DNA of 64,000 bases from Octopus vulgaris (GCA_951406725.2 OX597837.1:20274001-20338000); one strand, 5' to 3'. Positions 42,768-56,154 are shown, numbered from the stretch's first letter. Program-made: numbers and translations. The notes: generated by a model not told the origin, from the letters alone.

Positions 42768-43062
42768 CAGTACGGAGAGAAATCCTAATCACAACATCAA
42801 AGGAATCCACAATTAAAGATATTGATGTTAATCACTCAATTTTAAAAACTGTCATTTTATTCAGTCTTCGCTTGCAATTTCACCGATGTCTCGACTCTCC
42901 AATCACACACACACACACACATACACATTCACACACATACCGTCGCTCGCACACATTATATATATATATGTATATATGTGGGCAGTTTGTATATGCATGT
43001 ATGTGTCTGTGTGTATATATATAGATACACACATATATATATATGCATATATATAAAGAGAG

Positions 43063-43118
<56 letters not shown>

Positions 43119-43371
43119 CATATATGTAACATTGAGTTGTACGTTGATTACATCCATGTAATACCCAAAAATCTTAAGGCACGTGTGAATGTGTGCGTAT
43201 GAGCATGCGTGTGTTTTTGTGGGGGGAATAACGCTAAAGAAAGAATGCTCAATATATATATATATATATATATAGTGGAGTTCGTATTCATTAGGATACA
43301 CCTGATGAATCACGTCGGGTGTCCTCAGAGTTTGACCGGGTGGTACAGATGATTACCATGTATACACAAAT

Positions 43372-43408
<37 letters not shown>

Positions 43409-44232
43409 AAAACATACATATAAATATATATATAATCAAATCACATGTGGCGTTTATATAATATATATGTTCGTGCATGTTAGTGTGAGTAGATATATAT
43501 TATACATACATACACGCACACACACACACATGTATGTATGTATGTATGTATGTATGTATGTATGTATGTATGTATGTATGTATGTATGTATGTATGCATG
43601 CATGTATGTATGTATGCATGTATGTATGTATGTATGTATGTATGTATGCATGTATGTATGTATGTATGTATGTATGTATATCACAGAATAGTACAAGAAA
43701 CAATTATTCGACGAAAAAAAATAAAACAGAAAAAAGATATTGTTTCCATTAAAATATATTTCATTTTAAATTTTTTACAAGGGTGTGGACTTTTTTATAA
43801 TTTTTTCTTTTTTTTTGCTGTAATAATTATTTTTTATGAAATAGTTGTTAATGTTGTTGTTGTTATGGTTGTTTTTTTTATTTATTATTTTTTTTACTAC
43901 TATTGTTGTGGTTGTTGTTGTTGTTGCAGTTGTGGATTTCTTTTTGTTTTTTAATTTTGCATTTTTTTTTTATTATTATTATTTATTTGCTTATTTTTTG
44001 TATTTTGCTAATTTAATATTTTCCACTCCCGATCTCGTCGACGGTTTCGATAAAATCTTTATTAGTTCAGTTTTATTTAATTTCCTATATTGCCTATCGG
44101 CAACTTGAACTTGTCAATTCTTAATTGACTTCTCAGATAAGAAATAAGACTGGCAGCCATTAGTGCTAAGATTAGCTTCTTGTCAGCAGGAGAAAGACAT
44201 GTATGTATATATGTATGTATGTAATGTGTGTA

Positions 44233-44280
<48 letters not shown>

Positions 44281-44374
44281 CATATATATATATACATATA
44301 TATATACATATATATATATACATATACATATATATATAGATATATATACATATATGCATACATATGTATGTATG

Positions 44375-44413
<39 letters not shown>

Positions 44414-44510
44414 GCATGTATCTATGTGTGTATGCACGTGTACAATCATACAACTGTCTATAAATAAAGATATACACATACAGTTACACATACCTACGCT
44501 TACACGTGTA

Positions 44511-44546
<36 letters not shown>

Positions 44547-44708
44547 TGTATGTATGTATGTATGTATGTATGTGTGTGTGTATGTACGTATGTATATGTA
44601 TGTACAAGCAAACATGGTTGTCTGCATATGCATATGTGTATATTATGTATATATGTATAAAATCATGTATTTCGAACACTGTCCATCTGTCTACCTCTCA
44701 TTTTCTCC

Positions 44709-44771
<63 letters not shown>

Positions 44772-45004
44772 TATTATATACACGTTTGTATTCATGCATG
44801 TATATACATACGTACATACCGACACAGGCACACATACACACACATACGCACACACGCACACACACGCACACGCACACACACACACACACACACATAGGCA
44901 AAAGAAAAGAAACCATGCATACTGATAGTGGCCAGTATCTACAAAACTTGTATTTATTGTAATAGAAGTAAAGTAAAGTTGATACCTACTGTTGCGCAGA
45001 GAAG

Positions 45005-45041
45005 ATTCAGACGTTTCAGATAAACTCCCTCTTCAGGGAAA
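45005..45041 (-). ncRNA. Minimal hammerhead motif, decayed
   Basis: Minus strand ttcc-CTGAAGA-gggagtttatct-GAAA-CGTC-tgaa. Confidence 0.45.
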
Positions 45042-45267
45042 AAGAGTGTTTAGTACATCCCTTCTACCACTATATATATATATATATATATATACATCAG
45101 GAATTAATCTTCTCTCTACGCTTCTATGCGCCAGATGGGCTCAACTCCTCTCGCCTCTTCATCTGACTCCTCTCCTCTCTCTTCTCTTCATTTCACACCT
45201 ACTTCCTCTCTTCACTCCTACCCACCTCTCCTTTCCCCGATTCACCCCTACCCACCTTCTCCCTATA

Positions 45268-46580
45268 AAAATGAGAATAATCAAAGAGCTGAAAACCACA
45301 GATCTCAGAATGGACCACCGACTATACTTCCCAAAAATCAAAATAGACAATAAAACAACATCAATAATAAATAGCATGAACCTAGCCGTCACGGAACTAA
45401 TAGCCACAGAAATAAATGTCAATATCACCGAGCTAAATGTCATATTATATGCAGCCACAAAAGAAGCTGGATACTCCCTCAAATCCATCCAAAAAGGAGT
45501 ACCACCACCCAAACAAACACTGTGGATAAATAATATTTAAAAAAATAGAAAAGATCTGTCAATTCTTATCGAAATTAGTAGACAATCAACACTACTAACC
45601 AACAAGAAGGCAACAAAATCCTGTGCAAATACAACATTACTGAAAAAGATTTACCTGAGGTAAAAGAAAAGCTAAAGCAAGATATCCTTGCCAAAGCACA
45701 AAGAATCCACCGGTATGAGAACGCCAACGTTTCTTTAAAGAAAACAAACAGAACAAATCCAACCCCAAAAAATTCTACCAAGAACTTGGCAAAAATTAAA
45801 TAGACATTAATGCAGCACCAACAGCAGAAGAAGTGGAAGAATTTTGGAAAGAAATATGGTCGGCGAAGGAACAACCTCAGAAAAGGACTATTAAAACAAC
45901 GAAATTAGCACTTGAACAACTCTGGACCCCCATAACAACTGAAGAGATCAAGGTAGCACCAATAATCATAAAGTACATAAGACACTCTATGAAAAAACGG
46001 AGACAGTGCTACAGCTCCAAACAAAAGAGGGACTCATAAAAACCAAAGCCATCCCCATTAGAAGAGGAATATTCCAGGGAGACACGCTTTCTCCACTCCT
46101 TTTCTGCTTGGCACTGACACCTTTATCTGACATGCTAAATAGAACTGGATGCGGATACAAATGTTACAGCAAAACATTCAACCACCTCTTATATATGGAT
46201 GACCTAAAACTACATACTACAAATAATAAACAGCTAGAAACACTACTACAGACAGTACACGGATTTACCAAAGAAATAAATATGAAATTTGGCTTAGAAA
46301 AATGTGCCAAAGCAACCTTGAAAAGAGGAAAACTAGTGAAGAGTAGCAGCATCACACTAGACAAAGCCAATGAAATAAGAGAATAAGACCAAAGCCAGAC
46401 ATACAAATATTTAGGAATCAATGAACTAGATACGATACAACACACACAAATGAAAGAGAAAATACAGAAAGAATACTATAGACGAGTTAGATCAATACTG
46501 AAAACAGAGCTCAATGCTAAAAACAAGATAATAGGTATGAACTCTCTAGCCGTCTCAGTTATAAGTTATAGCTACAATAC
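45268..46580 (+). pseudogene. R4/Dong-clade (RLE) non-LTR retrotransposon relic with internal deletion
   Basis: IPIRRGIFQGDTLSPLLFCLAL, HLLYMDDLKL, MKFGLEKCAK, YKYLGI, EYYRRVRSILKTELNAKNK. Confidence 0.85.
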
Positions 46581-46581
46581 T

Positions 46582-47210
46582 TGAGACTCTGGTGACCTGT
46601 GACGAAAGTTGGATCTACTGTTATGATCCAGGGGCCAAGAGACAGTGGAAACACCTTGGCTCCCCTAGACCCAAGAAGGTCAAACAAATCAAGTGTATTG
46701 CAAAACTCATGACAATCCACTTTTTCGACATCAAGGGCATCATCTACATTCTCTTGGTCCACTCTGACAATGCGGTCAACTCAGAGTACTTTGTGAAGGT
46801 TTCGAGGGAGTTCAGGGAGAGATTTTGTCGCAAATGTCCAGAGCAACTTTACCAGGACAATACACCAGTCCACAATTGCGTCCTGGTAACCAATTCTTGG
46901 ACAAAGATGGGCATCAAAACTATCCCTCACCCTCCCTACATCCAGATCTTACTCTCTATAACTTTTGGTTGTTTCCAAGCTCAAGGTGAACTTCAAGGGT
47001 CAGTGGTTTTTTAAGACACTGAGAAAATGAAGGAGGTTGTGACAAGGATCAAGGACAGCTTCACTTTGGGGGAACTTCCACGGGGCCTTCACGAAGTGCT
47101 ACAAATGCATTAAAATCAGAGGATCTTACTTTGAAAGAGAAGAGAGCTTTGTACTTCCTTGAAATTATTAATAGCTTTCCTGAAACAGTCTAAAAACTTC
47201 TGGAATGCAC
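46582..47210 (+). pseudogene. Mariner transposase 3' half, with degenerate 3' TIR
   Basis: VTCDESWIYCYDP, FFDIKGII, QDNTPVH, TIPHPPY, GSYFE. Confidence 0.85.
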
Positions 47211-47212
47211 AT

Positions 47213-47318
<106 letters not shown>

Positions 47319-47829
47319 CAGGAGGAGAGGGGGTAGAGAGAAAATACAAGCAGTCTGGCAACGCAATCGCCCGTTCTGCTTGAAATAGCAACCGAATTTC
47401 TTTCAAAGTACACCCAACCTTTTTTTTATTAATGTTATCTCAGATACTGTCGACCTATAATATATAATAAAAGACAGGTTGGTCACAAATGGAATGTCTT
47501 AGAACATTAGTCTGTTCAATCAGAGTTGAGCTGGGATGGGATCGGACGGGATGAGGTGGTGGGAGATGAACTCCCAACGCAGTAAAAGTTACGGTTGTGA
47601 TGGCCGGCATGTGCTTACACTCGAAGGTCAAAGCGAAATATATTCCGTAAAAGTAACTTCTGTTTACTTGCAACAAAAGCCCCTAGGCGCTTCCATAGCA
47701 AGTGCATGATCTGTCGAAGATGGAGAGAAAAGGACAGAGCGACGATGGAGGTCAGCCGTGACGGACAGGATGGAACGGGAGTTTCAAGTGTAATTTGTTT
47801 GTTTTTTACGTTTTGTTTGTTGCTCTTGC

Positions 47830-47893
<64 letters not shown>

Positions 47894-49225
47894 TTGCAAG
47901 CGTATGTGTGTGAGAGGGAGAGAGTCTTTTTAATATGCTTAGTCAAAAGTAAATCTGCACAAATCCACCGTGTTCCCTAGTTTTTCAAAGATTTAGTTAA
48001 TTCTAAATACATGAGACAGGATTACGAAATGTAATATCCTACATCGAACAATCCACGGTTTTTACATCCTATGTGTTTGTACTTCTATTTGTGTGTGTGT
48101 GTGTGTGTGTGTGTATTAGCAGGTGTGTGTAAGTAAGTGCACGTGCGCACGTCTTGTGCTATGATTGTATGTGTACATGCTGTGAAGGAGTTTATTTGAA
48201 CGTGTTTGTGCGCGCGTATCTGTGTATGCAAGTATCTGCGTGTGCATATATCTATGTGGCTATATCTGTGTGTGCATGTGTGTGTGTGTATGCGTGTATA
48301 TGTTATATGTGTGAATGTTCATTTCTGGATTGTCTTTCATTGGTGTCGGCTTATTATGTTTCTCACTGGATAAGCTGTCGGGTTCTCACTCGGAGGAAGA
48401 CGATTTCGTATCATAAAAGAGGCCTTGTGTTCTCCAGTAGAATATTGTAAAGAAATTGTGGTGGTGGTGGTGGTGGTGGTGGTGGTGGTGGTGCCTAGCT
48501 CTAGATCAACCCTGATCAAACAGTCCTACGGTCGCAAGCAATGACCCGAGTCGTAAGTTTCAACACAAAGACCCATCTCCACAGACATACCATGTCAGTG
48601 TAAATAAATGTATTTTGGGGGTGGTTGGTTAAAAACTTCCCCGACCCTAGTACAGTCAGATCACAGCATTTGCTATTTCTTTGCAGTTATTGTTGGCGTT
48701 AGGCCCTCCAGTTTTTTGGGGCCTCTGGGTCTTTTGATGTTGCGGATTTTTGTGTATATATATGTGTTGCTTGTGTTGGGCTGGGTATGAAATATCGTTT
48801 TTATAAAGTTGCTTTAATAGTGTTCTAGACTGTTGTAGAGTTGCCTGTTGATTGGAGGGGACTGAAGCCCACTGCAGCCACCAAATGCCCCACCTCGTAT
48901 ATCACTCATTTCTAGTATTTTTTATTCTTTGTGAAGATGGTTTGTAGGCGCAGTTTTCTACTTGTTTCAGTCGTTAGACAGCTGCCATACCAGGACATCG
49001 TCTTGAAAAGTTTTAAGTCGAATGGATCGATCCCAGTACACTTTTTAAAACCTGGAACTTACTCTATTGATTTACCCGGACATAAACACACCAACTCCGG
49101 TTGTCAAGCGATGGTGATGGACAAATGCAAACACAATGAAACACACACATAGACACACATACGCACACACACATACACACATACACACGCATACACACAC
49201 ATACACATACACACATATACACGTC

Positions 49226-49268
49226 ACTACTGACGAGCTTGTAAATTTTCAGGGGAAACTAGTCTCGT
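49226..49268 (+). ncRNA. Decayed type-I hammerhead motif
   Basis: acta-CTGACGA-gcttg..caggg-GAAA-ctag-TC-tcgt; palindromic ACTAGT stem III. Confidence 0.5.
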
Positions 49269-49420
49269 CTAATAATCTAACTTCGTTTATGGGATGGTTA
49301 TCTCCCCTGTCAGTATATGAAAATGTGCTTTCTTGCACCCCTAATTTTTAACTCATATTTCCAGCAATATAGATGCCACCCAGCACCATCAGTCTGTTTT
49401 ATATTCCGTATAGCTGTCTT

Positions 49421-49496
<76 letters not shown>

Positions 49497-49503
49497 TATA
49501 TAC

Positions 49504-49560
<57 letters not shown>

Positions 49561-49701
49561 TACATATATATACACACACACACACACACTCACTCATATA
49601 CATATATATATATATATGATAATAATAAATATTAGGGAATAAATCCAAATTTACAGGGAAAAATCAGATTTAGGACTGAATCCAATTTTATAGTAAAATA
49701 T

Positions 49702-49920
49702 TATATAATATTAATTAGAGACAAAACCACTATTTTGCAAATCAAACAAAGAAAGACTTAATCCAATACATAAAAAAATTCATATAAATTAAATAAAATT
49801 AAATAAAATTAAATAAAATTGTAGTGGCGAATTTAATTTTATTTAATTTATATAAAATTTTTTATGTATTGGATTAAGTCTTTCGTTGTTTGATTTGCAT
49901 AATAGTGGTTTTGTCTCTAA

Positions 49921-49932
<12 letters not shown>
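49702..49932. repeat. ~100-bp-arm inverted repeat abutting (TA)n
   Basis: TAATTAGAGACAAAACCACTATT..GACTTAATCCAATACATAAAA and its reverse complement downstream. Confidence 0.9.
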
Positions 49933-49963
<31 letters not shown>

Positions 49964-50084
49964 ACAAGATAAGGCCAGAAGAAAAATGCTAATGCCAGAT
50001 ACGCCGAAACAAAAAAATTTTCTATAACCATTAAATTTATGCGTCTCGAAACAAACCGATAGAAATCTCTAAAAAATTCGTTAT

Positions 50085-50143
50085 TACCGTATTGGTCCAA
50101 TTTCGGGGTTAATTCACAAGAAATTTTCCCCTCTTCAGCGGCA
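50085..50143 (-). ncRNA. Type-I hammerhead ribozyme motif, intact core
   Basis: Minus strand tgccg-CTGAAGA-gggg..cccc-GAAA-ttggaccaa-TA-cggta. Confidence 0.72.
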
Positions 50144-50498
50144 CATATGCGAGATATAAATGAAATACTTTCAGTTTCCGTCTACCAAATCCACTCACAA
50201 AGCTTTGGTCGGCCCGAGGCTATAGTATAAGACACTTGCCCAAGGTGCCACGCAGTGGGACTGAACCCGGAACTATGTGGCTCGTAACCAAGCTACTTAC
50301 CACACAGCCACTCCAACGGTGAAAAGAATATCAATGTTAATTTATTGATGCATTTGGGCAAGTCTATGTCTGTATTATCAGACAATGGCAAAAAACTGTT
50401 TAAAAAAATTCAAAATGCTGCAAAAATCCGGTACAAATTCTTCATGGTTCAAAACGTTGCTTACATTTTACTCCACCTGGTGTTTACATTTCCTTTAC

Positions 50499-50710
50499 CG
50501 CGTGGCCTTTCATGAAATTTTCTGAATTCATTAGTCCCAGCGTCCTTTGTTCTGTCCTTAGTCCCATGAGATGCGTCGGCAGCTGCGGGAAGCTGTTTAA
50601 CACAGACAGGTAGTGACGTCTCTGATGCCGAATCATCTCGTAGAGCTTCGTCATTTTTACGTCACAATTGACAGCCTCAGACGTAGACGCTATGCATAAT
50701 GACGGTGCCA
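50499..50710 (-). other. Possible host exon, unidentified
   Basis: Unique, balanced-composition sequence; branch-like ACTTAAC, acceptor TTATCTTTCAG, one open frame, donors GTAAAG or GTAAGC (exon end 50465). No recognisable homology. Confidence 0.25.
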
Positions 50711-51380
50711 CTGAAAGATAACAATAACGAATGTGCAATACAGTTAAGTATGTTATAGGTAAAGAAACCTATTACGTCATATCAGAGAAATGAGCGTGCA
50801 TCTATATAACGGGTTTGTTGATAAGCAAGCATTAAAGAGAAATCAAGGATTCCTGTCCCAAATCAAACTAGTCTAATATATTCATGTCAGGCGCTGATAT
50901 TGTCTGTTATGACATAAACAAATATAATGACTTGGTGTACTTCTAGTACACCTAAGCCACCTGACGATCAACTAGTAGTAGAGTACTGCTACTAATTAAA
51001 TATACATAGCAAAGCCAGCTGCTTTTTAGTTTTGTTACGAGGTTGTTGTATCACATCTCTCTGTAAGATTCATTAGGGGAAAAAAAAGGCTGTCATAGAC
51101 ATTTTTGTTTCTAGTGATGAGGAATGAGATGAAGAGACCCAATAAGAAGAAAAAAGTTGTTTGGCTAAGACACGAAGAAGAGAAATAGTAAGATATAGAA
51201 AATAAAATCGTCAAAATAGATGCAAGCATGACTGTGTGGTAAGACGCTTGCTTCCCATCCACATGGTTCCGAGTTCAGTCTCACTGCGTAACACCTTGGG
51301 CAAGTGTCTTCTACTATAGCATCAGGCCAACCAAAGCCTTGTAGTGTATTTGGTAGACAGAAACTAAAAGAGGCCTGTTG

Positions 51381-51460
<80 letters not shown>

Positions 51461-51548
51461 CATATATAAAATGGACGAGAACAATAGTTGGTTCATCAAC
51501 GTTAGGACATTAAAAATGTTAACTTATTTATTAAACTGAAATATATAT

Positions 51549-51752
51549 CAGACGCCATGATAGATCGTTAGCTCCTACACGCATTTTTTTCTCTCCTTGT
51601 TTCTCTACTTGTTTTTTTCTGTGTATCTTTGTGTCGAAGAGCGTAGGCTCGAAACGTAAAAGACATTTTCTATTTCTATTCCTGAGCGCACTAATGCATT
51701 TGTTTGTTTGTACTCCACCTGCCTTCGTCTTTTGTTTATTTTCGTAAACTTT

Positions 51753-51757
<5 letters not shown>
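51549..51757 (+). mobile_element. PLE pseudo-LTR-like module ending at (TA)n; second copy at 58265-58452
   Basis: Shared GAAGAGCGTAGGCTCGAAAC and CCACCTGCCTTCGTCTTTTG..CCCTATA. Confidence 0.7.
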
Positions 51758-51795
<38 letters not shown>

Positions 51796-51800
<5 letters not shown>

Positions 51801-51980
51801 CAAATAAGAAAATGGAGGAGAACAATAGTTGGTTCATCAACTTTAGGACATTAAAAGTTTTAACTTATTCATTTAAATTGATGTTATTATAATTATCAGT
51901 TTCATAAATAAGTTTACATTTTTAATGTCCTAACATTGATGAACCAACTATTGTTCTCGTCCATTTTTTTATTTGCAGCA
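51796..51980. repeat. ~85-bp-arm inverted repeat; a third direct copy at 51468-51539
   Basis: GAGAACAATAGTTGGTTCATCAA at about 51478 and 51817, reverse complement at about 51937. Confidence 0.9.
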
Positions 51981-52156
51981 ATATAAATTAATGGTAAAAA
52001 TATCTCTTTACCTTCACCGATTTAATACACTAGGTAATGTAATTGCAATGCAATAAAAAACACCTGTGTATTAATAATTGGGTATTCTACCAGCAGTATA
52101 TTGGATAGATATTATCCTTTAGTGGGTTGGATTCACATCCCCTAACTTTCTTGGAG

Positions 52157-52204
<48 letters not shown>

Positions 52205-52206
52205 AC

Positions 52207-52240
<34 letters not shown>

Positions 52241-52247
52241 GTATGTA

Positions 52248-52278
<31 letters not shown>

Positions 52279-52292
52279 GCATATATATATAC

Positions 52293-52353
<61 letters not shown>

Positions 52354-52388
52354 CATACATACATACACATACATACACGCATACATAC

Positions 52389-52442
<54 letters not shown>

Positions 52443-52445
<3 letters not shown>

Positions 52446-53905
52446 TTAGAGATAAGTGTTCTCTATATAGAATGCACTTCGAAGTGCTCAAGTGACTTGA
52501 ACTTGAGCCGGCAGATGAGTAAAAGTAATGACAAGTAAGTTAGGCAAGTCGCTTTACTCAGAATATCAAATACATTTAATAGAAAAATATAAGTTTGTAT
52601 GAATATAAAATAGTTCGACCGGCAGAACATAAATGATATCAGGAGTTAAATGGGTAGTGTTTTACGCGCACAACAGCTGTTTCTGGGGTGACTGGATGGT
52701 CCGGAGCAATGATAGTTACTTGGATCCATTATCGGATAACACTTCCCCAATCTTCAGGGGAGAATTTTACATTGAAGAATTTTACATGTGAGATTTTGAC
52801 AGGATGGAGTTTAAAGATGGAATGATTTTGTAGAGAACTGTGCTAGAAAGGGGAGTTGGGGGTGTTTAGATAAAGAGTAGTGGACAGAGAAAATAGATTT
52901 CAGGGTAATGATTTATAATGAGGCTAATGATAGTAATAGAGGTGTAAGATGGGAGTAAGGGGGACGGGTGGTTTAGGTAGTATGTGAATGATGACCTTTG
53001 TGATAATTTGGATGAAGGCTATAGAGTTAAAGGTTGAGATTGTGAAAATGGCTTGTTATTGATTGGGGGAAATGAGTTGACTGGTTCAGTAGCTAAGGAT
53101 GGGGGTGAGGAGGTGGTCAAAAGTAGCTGCTAGTGGGAGGAAGGACTTAGGTTGGTATTGGAGAGGTGTTGTGGTAAAGGGAGGAGTATGAAATTGAATA
53201 GAGGTGTAGGTAGGGAGGGTAGAGGTAGATTGGTTAGTCTTCAAAGGAGTGAGATTTTGGAAAGTGGGAAGTGGCTGATTTGAAGATTTGAAAGAAATTT
53301 GAGATGTGTGTATGGGAAGGAATAAGAAGTGGGGGTTAGTATTCATTAAGTTGTTGGTTGCAAGGCTGACTTTGTTTTAGATCAAGGTTTTTGGGGTGTA
53401 TGGAAGTTTATTATAAGATTATATAGATATAGCGAAGTGCGTGAAAGTTGTGTAGTACCTGTGTTTACAAGAATAAATAACATCAGATAATCTATTAAGT
53501 AATGAAAAGTTGTGAAGGCGAAGAATGGTTAATGATTCTTTTAGACATAACTTACACTTACCGATATTTGCTTGTATTTAGAAGCTTCACTTACTATGGA
53601 CCAGGATATTTGCGATTTGCGGTTGTGGATGTACGTTGCTAAGGACATAGATAGTTTAGAGTTGGAATTAGTGAAAGAGTACGCGGTGGCGGCGCTTGGA
53701 ATCTACGGTGCCGTCGATGTATACCCTTGCTTGATGGAAGCGAGGTGTTATAACACGGCATTTGTAGATCACATTTTTGTGTAGATAGGAGCCTGCAAGA
53801 GGGCATAATTTAGATGCGCGGCAGTTGCAAGTTTTTCTACCTGCTCCGTGGTTGGGGTTTACTACTAATGAGGTTGAGCTTGGTTGGTTTGTTGTTAGTG
53901 GGGGA
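52443..53905 (-). mobile_element. Penelope-like element 3' part: CCHH/GIY-YIG endonuclease, long 3' UTR, HHR-bearing pLTR, ending at (TA)n
   Basis: TCNCRASKLCPLAG..NVIYKCRV..VYIDG..KRRH..SLATYIH..ISWSIV..LLNRLSD..CKH; HHR at 52665-52763. Confidence 0.85.
52665..52763 (-). ncRNA. Hammerhead motif of the Penelope pLTR (stem I decayed)
   Basis: CTGAAGA-ttgggg..cccca-GAAA-cagctg-TT. Confidence 0.6.
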
Positions 53906-54589
53906 AGTGTGTGTGTGTGTGTGTGAGTGTTTGTCACCAACCAATCGGTGTGGTGTGTTTACGTCCCCATAACTTAGCGGTTCGACAAAATAGACCGATA
54001 GAATAAGTACAAGGCTTTAAAAAGTACTGAAGTCGGTTCATTCGACAAAAATTCATCAAGGTGGAACCCCAGCATGACCGCAGTCTAATGACTGGAAAAA
54101 GTAAAAGATAAAAGATAAAAGATGTCTGAGACTGGGTGTCTACTTTTCACTTGACTAGCATTCACCATCATCCGCTTAGCAAAAAATAGAATCCTCTGAA
54201 AGCTTTCCCCCCACAACTCCGACCATCACCCTAGAGGAAGGAGAATATTATGGTTGTACTTGATTTGGAACCCTCTAAGCAACTTACTAGTACATATTTT
54301 TGGTATAAGGGTTAGTGGTTGCGCAGGTGGTATAAGTGGAACCCCAAGATGAGGTGACTATTTCATTAGACTGTCGTCAAGAAGTTGGGGATTACGTAGT
54401 AAGACGATTCGCCATCATTGACACACATACAGAATATCCTATAGGTCCACACCTTTCTTCACACTCATGTTGTGAAACATCTGCAACCTTTTATCGCCTA
54501 TGTCCGGTTCTTTAGCCATGTCCTTGTCCGCTAGATCTTATATAATTTTGATAGTTTTCCAAAAGATGAAGCTGATCGTTATTTCAGTG

Positions 54590-55130
54590 CAACGAATAAG
54601 TGGTTTGGAAATAAGTAGTCTTTGGCTGGTTTACTCACTAACATCAAACCCCGACACTTTGTTTTGTTCGTTGGCTTTTTGAAGATCAGCCGGATGATCG
54701 CAGAGATCCAAAACTTGTTGAAAGACATTTTGTTTAAGTTACAAAATTTTAAAATATAAGAAAAACGGAGAAAGATCTTTTCCCTGCCAAATTTTGTTTG
54801 TTCAACAACAGAACCGTGATGAAAGGAAACAAACAGAGAACATCATGATTCTTCTCCGTACTATAGATACAGTTCTCTGTTTGGGGAAACAGGGATTGGC
54901 ATTTTGTAGCCATTTTAAATATCATGGTTTAAGTTCCCTTAGTACAAATGAAGACATTTTTAAGCTTAAAATATATACTTAAAATCCTCCATTATTGGAG
55001 CAATATTTATAACTAAGATATCGAAAAACAATGTATATTAGCTCTAGCTTACAAAATACTCTGATACAGTTCTTATTCAACCCGGTTTTATCAAATGTGA
55101 GTGAAATCAAGGCAGTAAAATAGTCAGCAA
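54590..55130 (+). pseudogene. hAT (ZMYM1-like/DUF4371) transposase N-terminal relic
   Basis: WLVYS..DTLFC, LLRTIDTVLCLGKQGLAFCSH, MYISSSLQNTLIQ. Confidence 0.7.
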
Positions 55131-55299
55131 TAATTGTTTAGGTGCGAGCTGGCAGAATCGTTAGTATTATAGAAAAATGCTTAGCGGTATTTTGTCCGTC
55201 TTTACGATCTAAGTTAAAATGTCGCCGGAGTCGATTTTGCCTTTCATCCTTTCGGGGTCGATACATGTTCTTTATTAGATAGGAAATTGAAAATAAATC

Positions 55300-56050
55300 T
55301 TCGTATTTCAACGGCGGCGTCAACCAGTTTCCTCAAACGGCCAGGGATGGAATGAATGACCTTCTGAAGGACGTCGTCTGGGCTATCATTGAGAACCTCC
55401 TGAATCTGTGTCTCCAAGTCCTCCAGTGTGCGAGGTTTTGTTGTGCAACACCATAAGTAAAAATCACATGGAGTGAGATCTGGACTTCTTGGAGTCCTGG
55501 ACTTCTGCGATCACAGTATTCAGGTTTTAGCTCCTGCACGTAATGGGGCTTCCACGGAAGGAAATTCAATTCTTTATGCAGCACCGTACGTATTGTGTGT
55601 CTTGTTAGTCCACTTTCCTGGGACTAGATGTGTTATTTTTTGCAGGCTGCGATTATACATTTTCTGCACTGTTGCCACGTTCTCCGCTGATCGGGATGTG
55701 GTTGGACGGTCATTTCTTCTTGCATCGTTCACAGAGCCCGTGGTCATCAGCTTTGCATTACAACTTTTTATTGTCTCCGGACGTAGAGTTGTATGCTTAC
55801 CTTTCCATGCACACTGCCATCTCTGAACCAAAACAATGGAATTCCATTCTTCATAGCATGATGCTATCTTAACTCGCTCCTGATGGGTGAAGCGACCGGC
55901 TACCTGGAAAATAAGAAATAAGAAATAATAAGAAAATTAAAAAATCGCCATTAGTGTTGTCTGTTTAAAAAATGTTTTCGCCTTGACTTCAGTGATACTA
56001 AAACTTCTATAAGTAATTTCTAATACCTAATTACTTTCCACCCACCCTGT
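55300..56050 (-). mobile_element. Tc1/mariner-superfamily element (DUF4817-type N-terminus), internally deleted
   Basis: TA + CAGGGTG terminus at 56050; KLMTTGSVND..RPTTSRSAENV, PWKPHYVQELKP.., PRSPDLTPCDFYLW. Confidence 0.75.
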
Positions 56051-56077
56051 ATGTGTGTGTGTGGGGGGGTGCGTGCG

Positions 56078-56154
<77 letters not shown>

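Noticed and set aside
44028-44195. Minus-strand CTGACAA..GAAACCGTC hammerhead
   Set aside because: Core mismatch, poor stem I, and over 120 nt between the boxes
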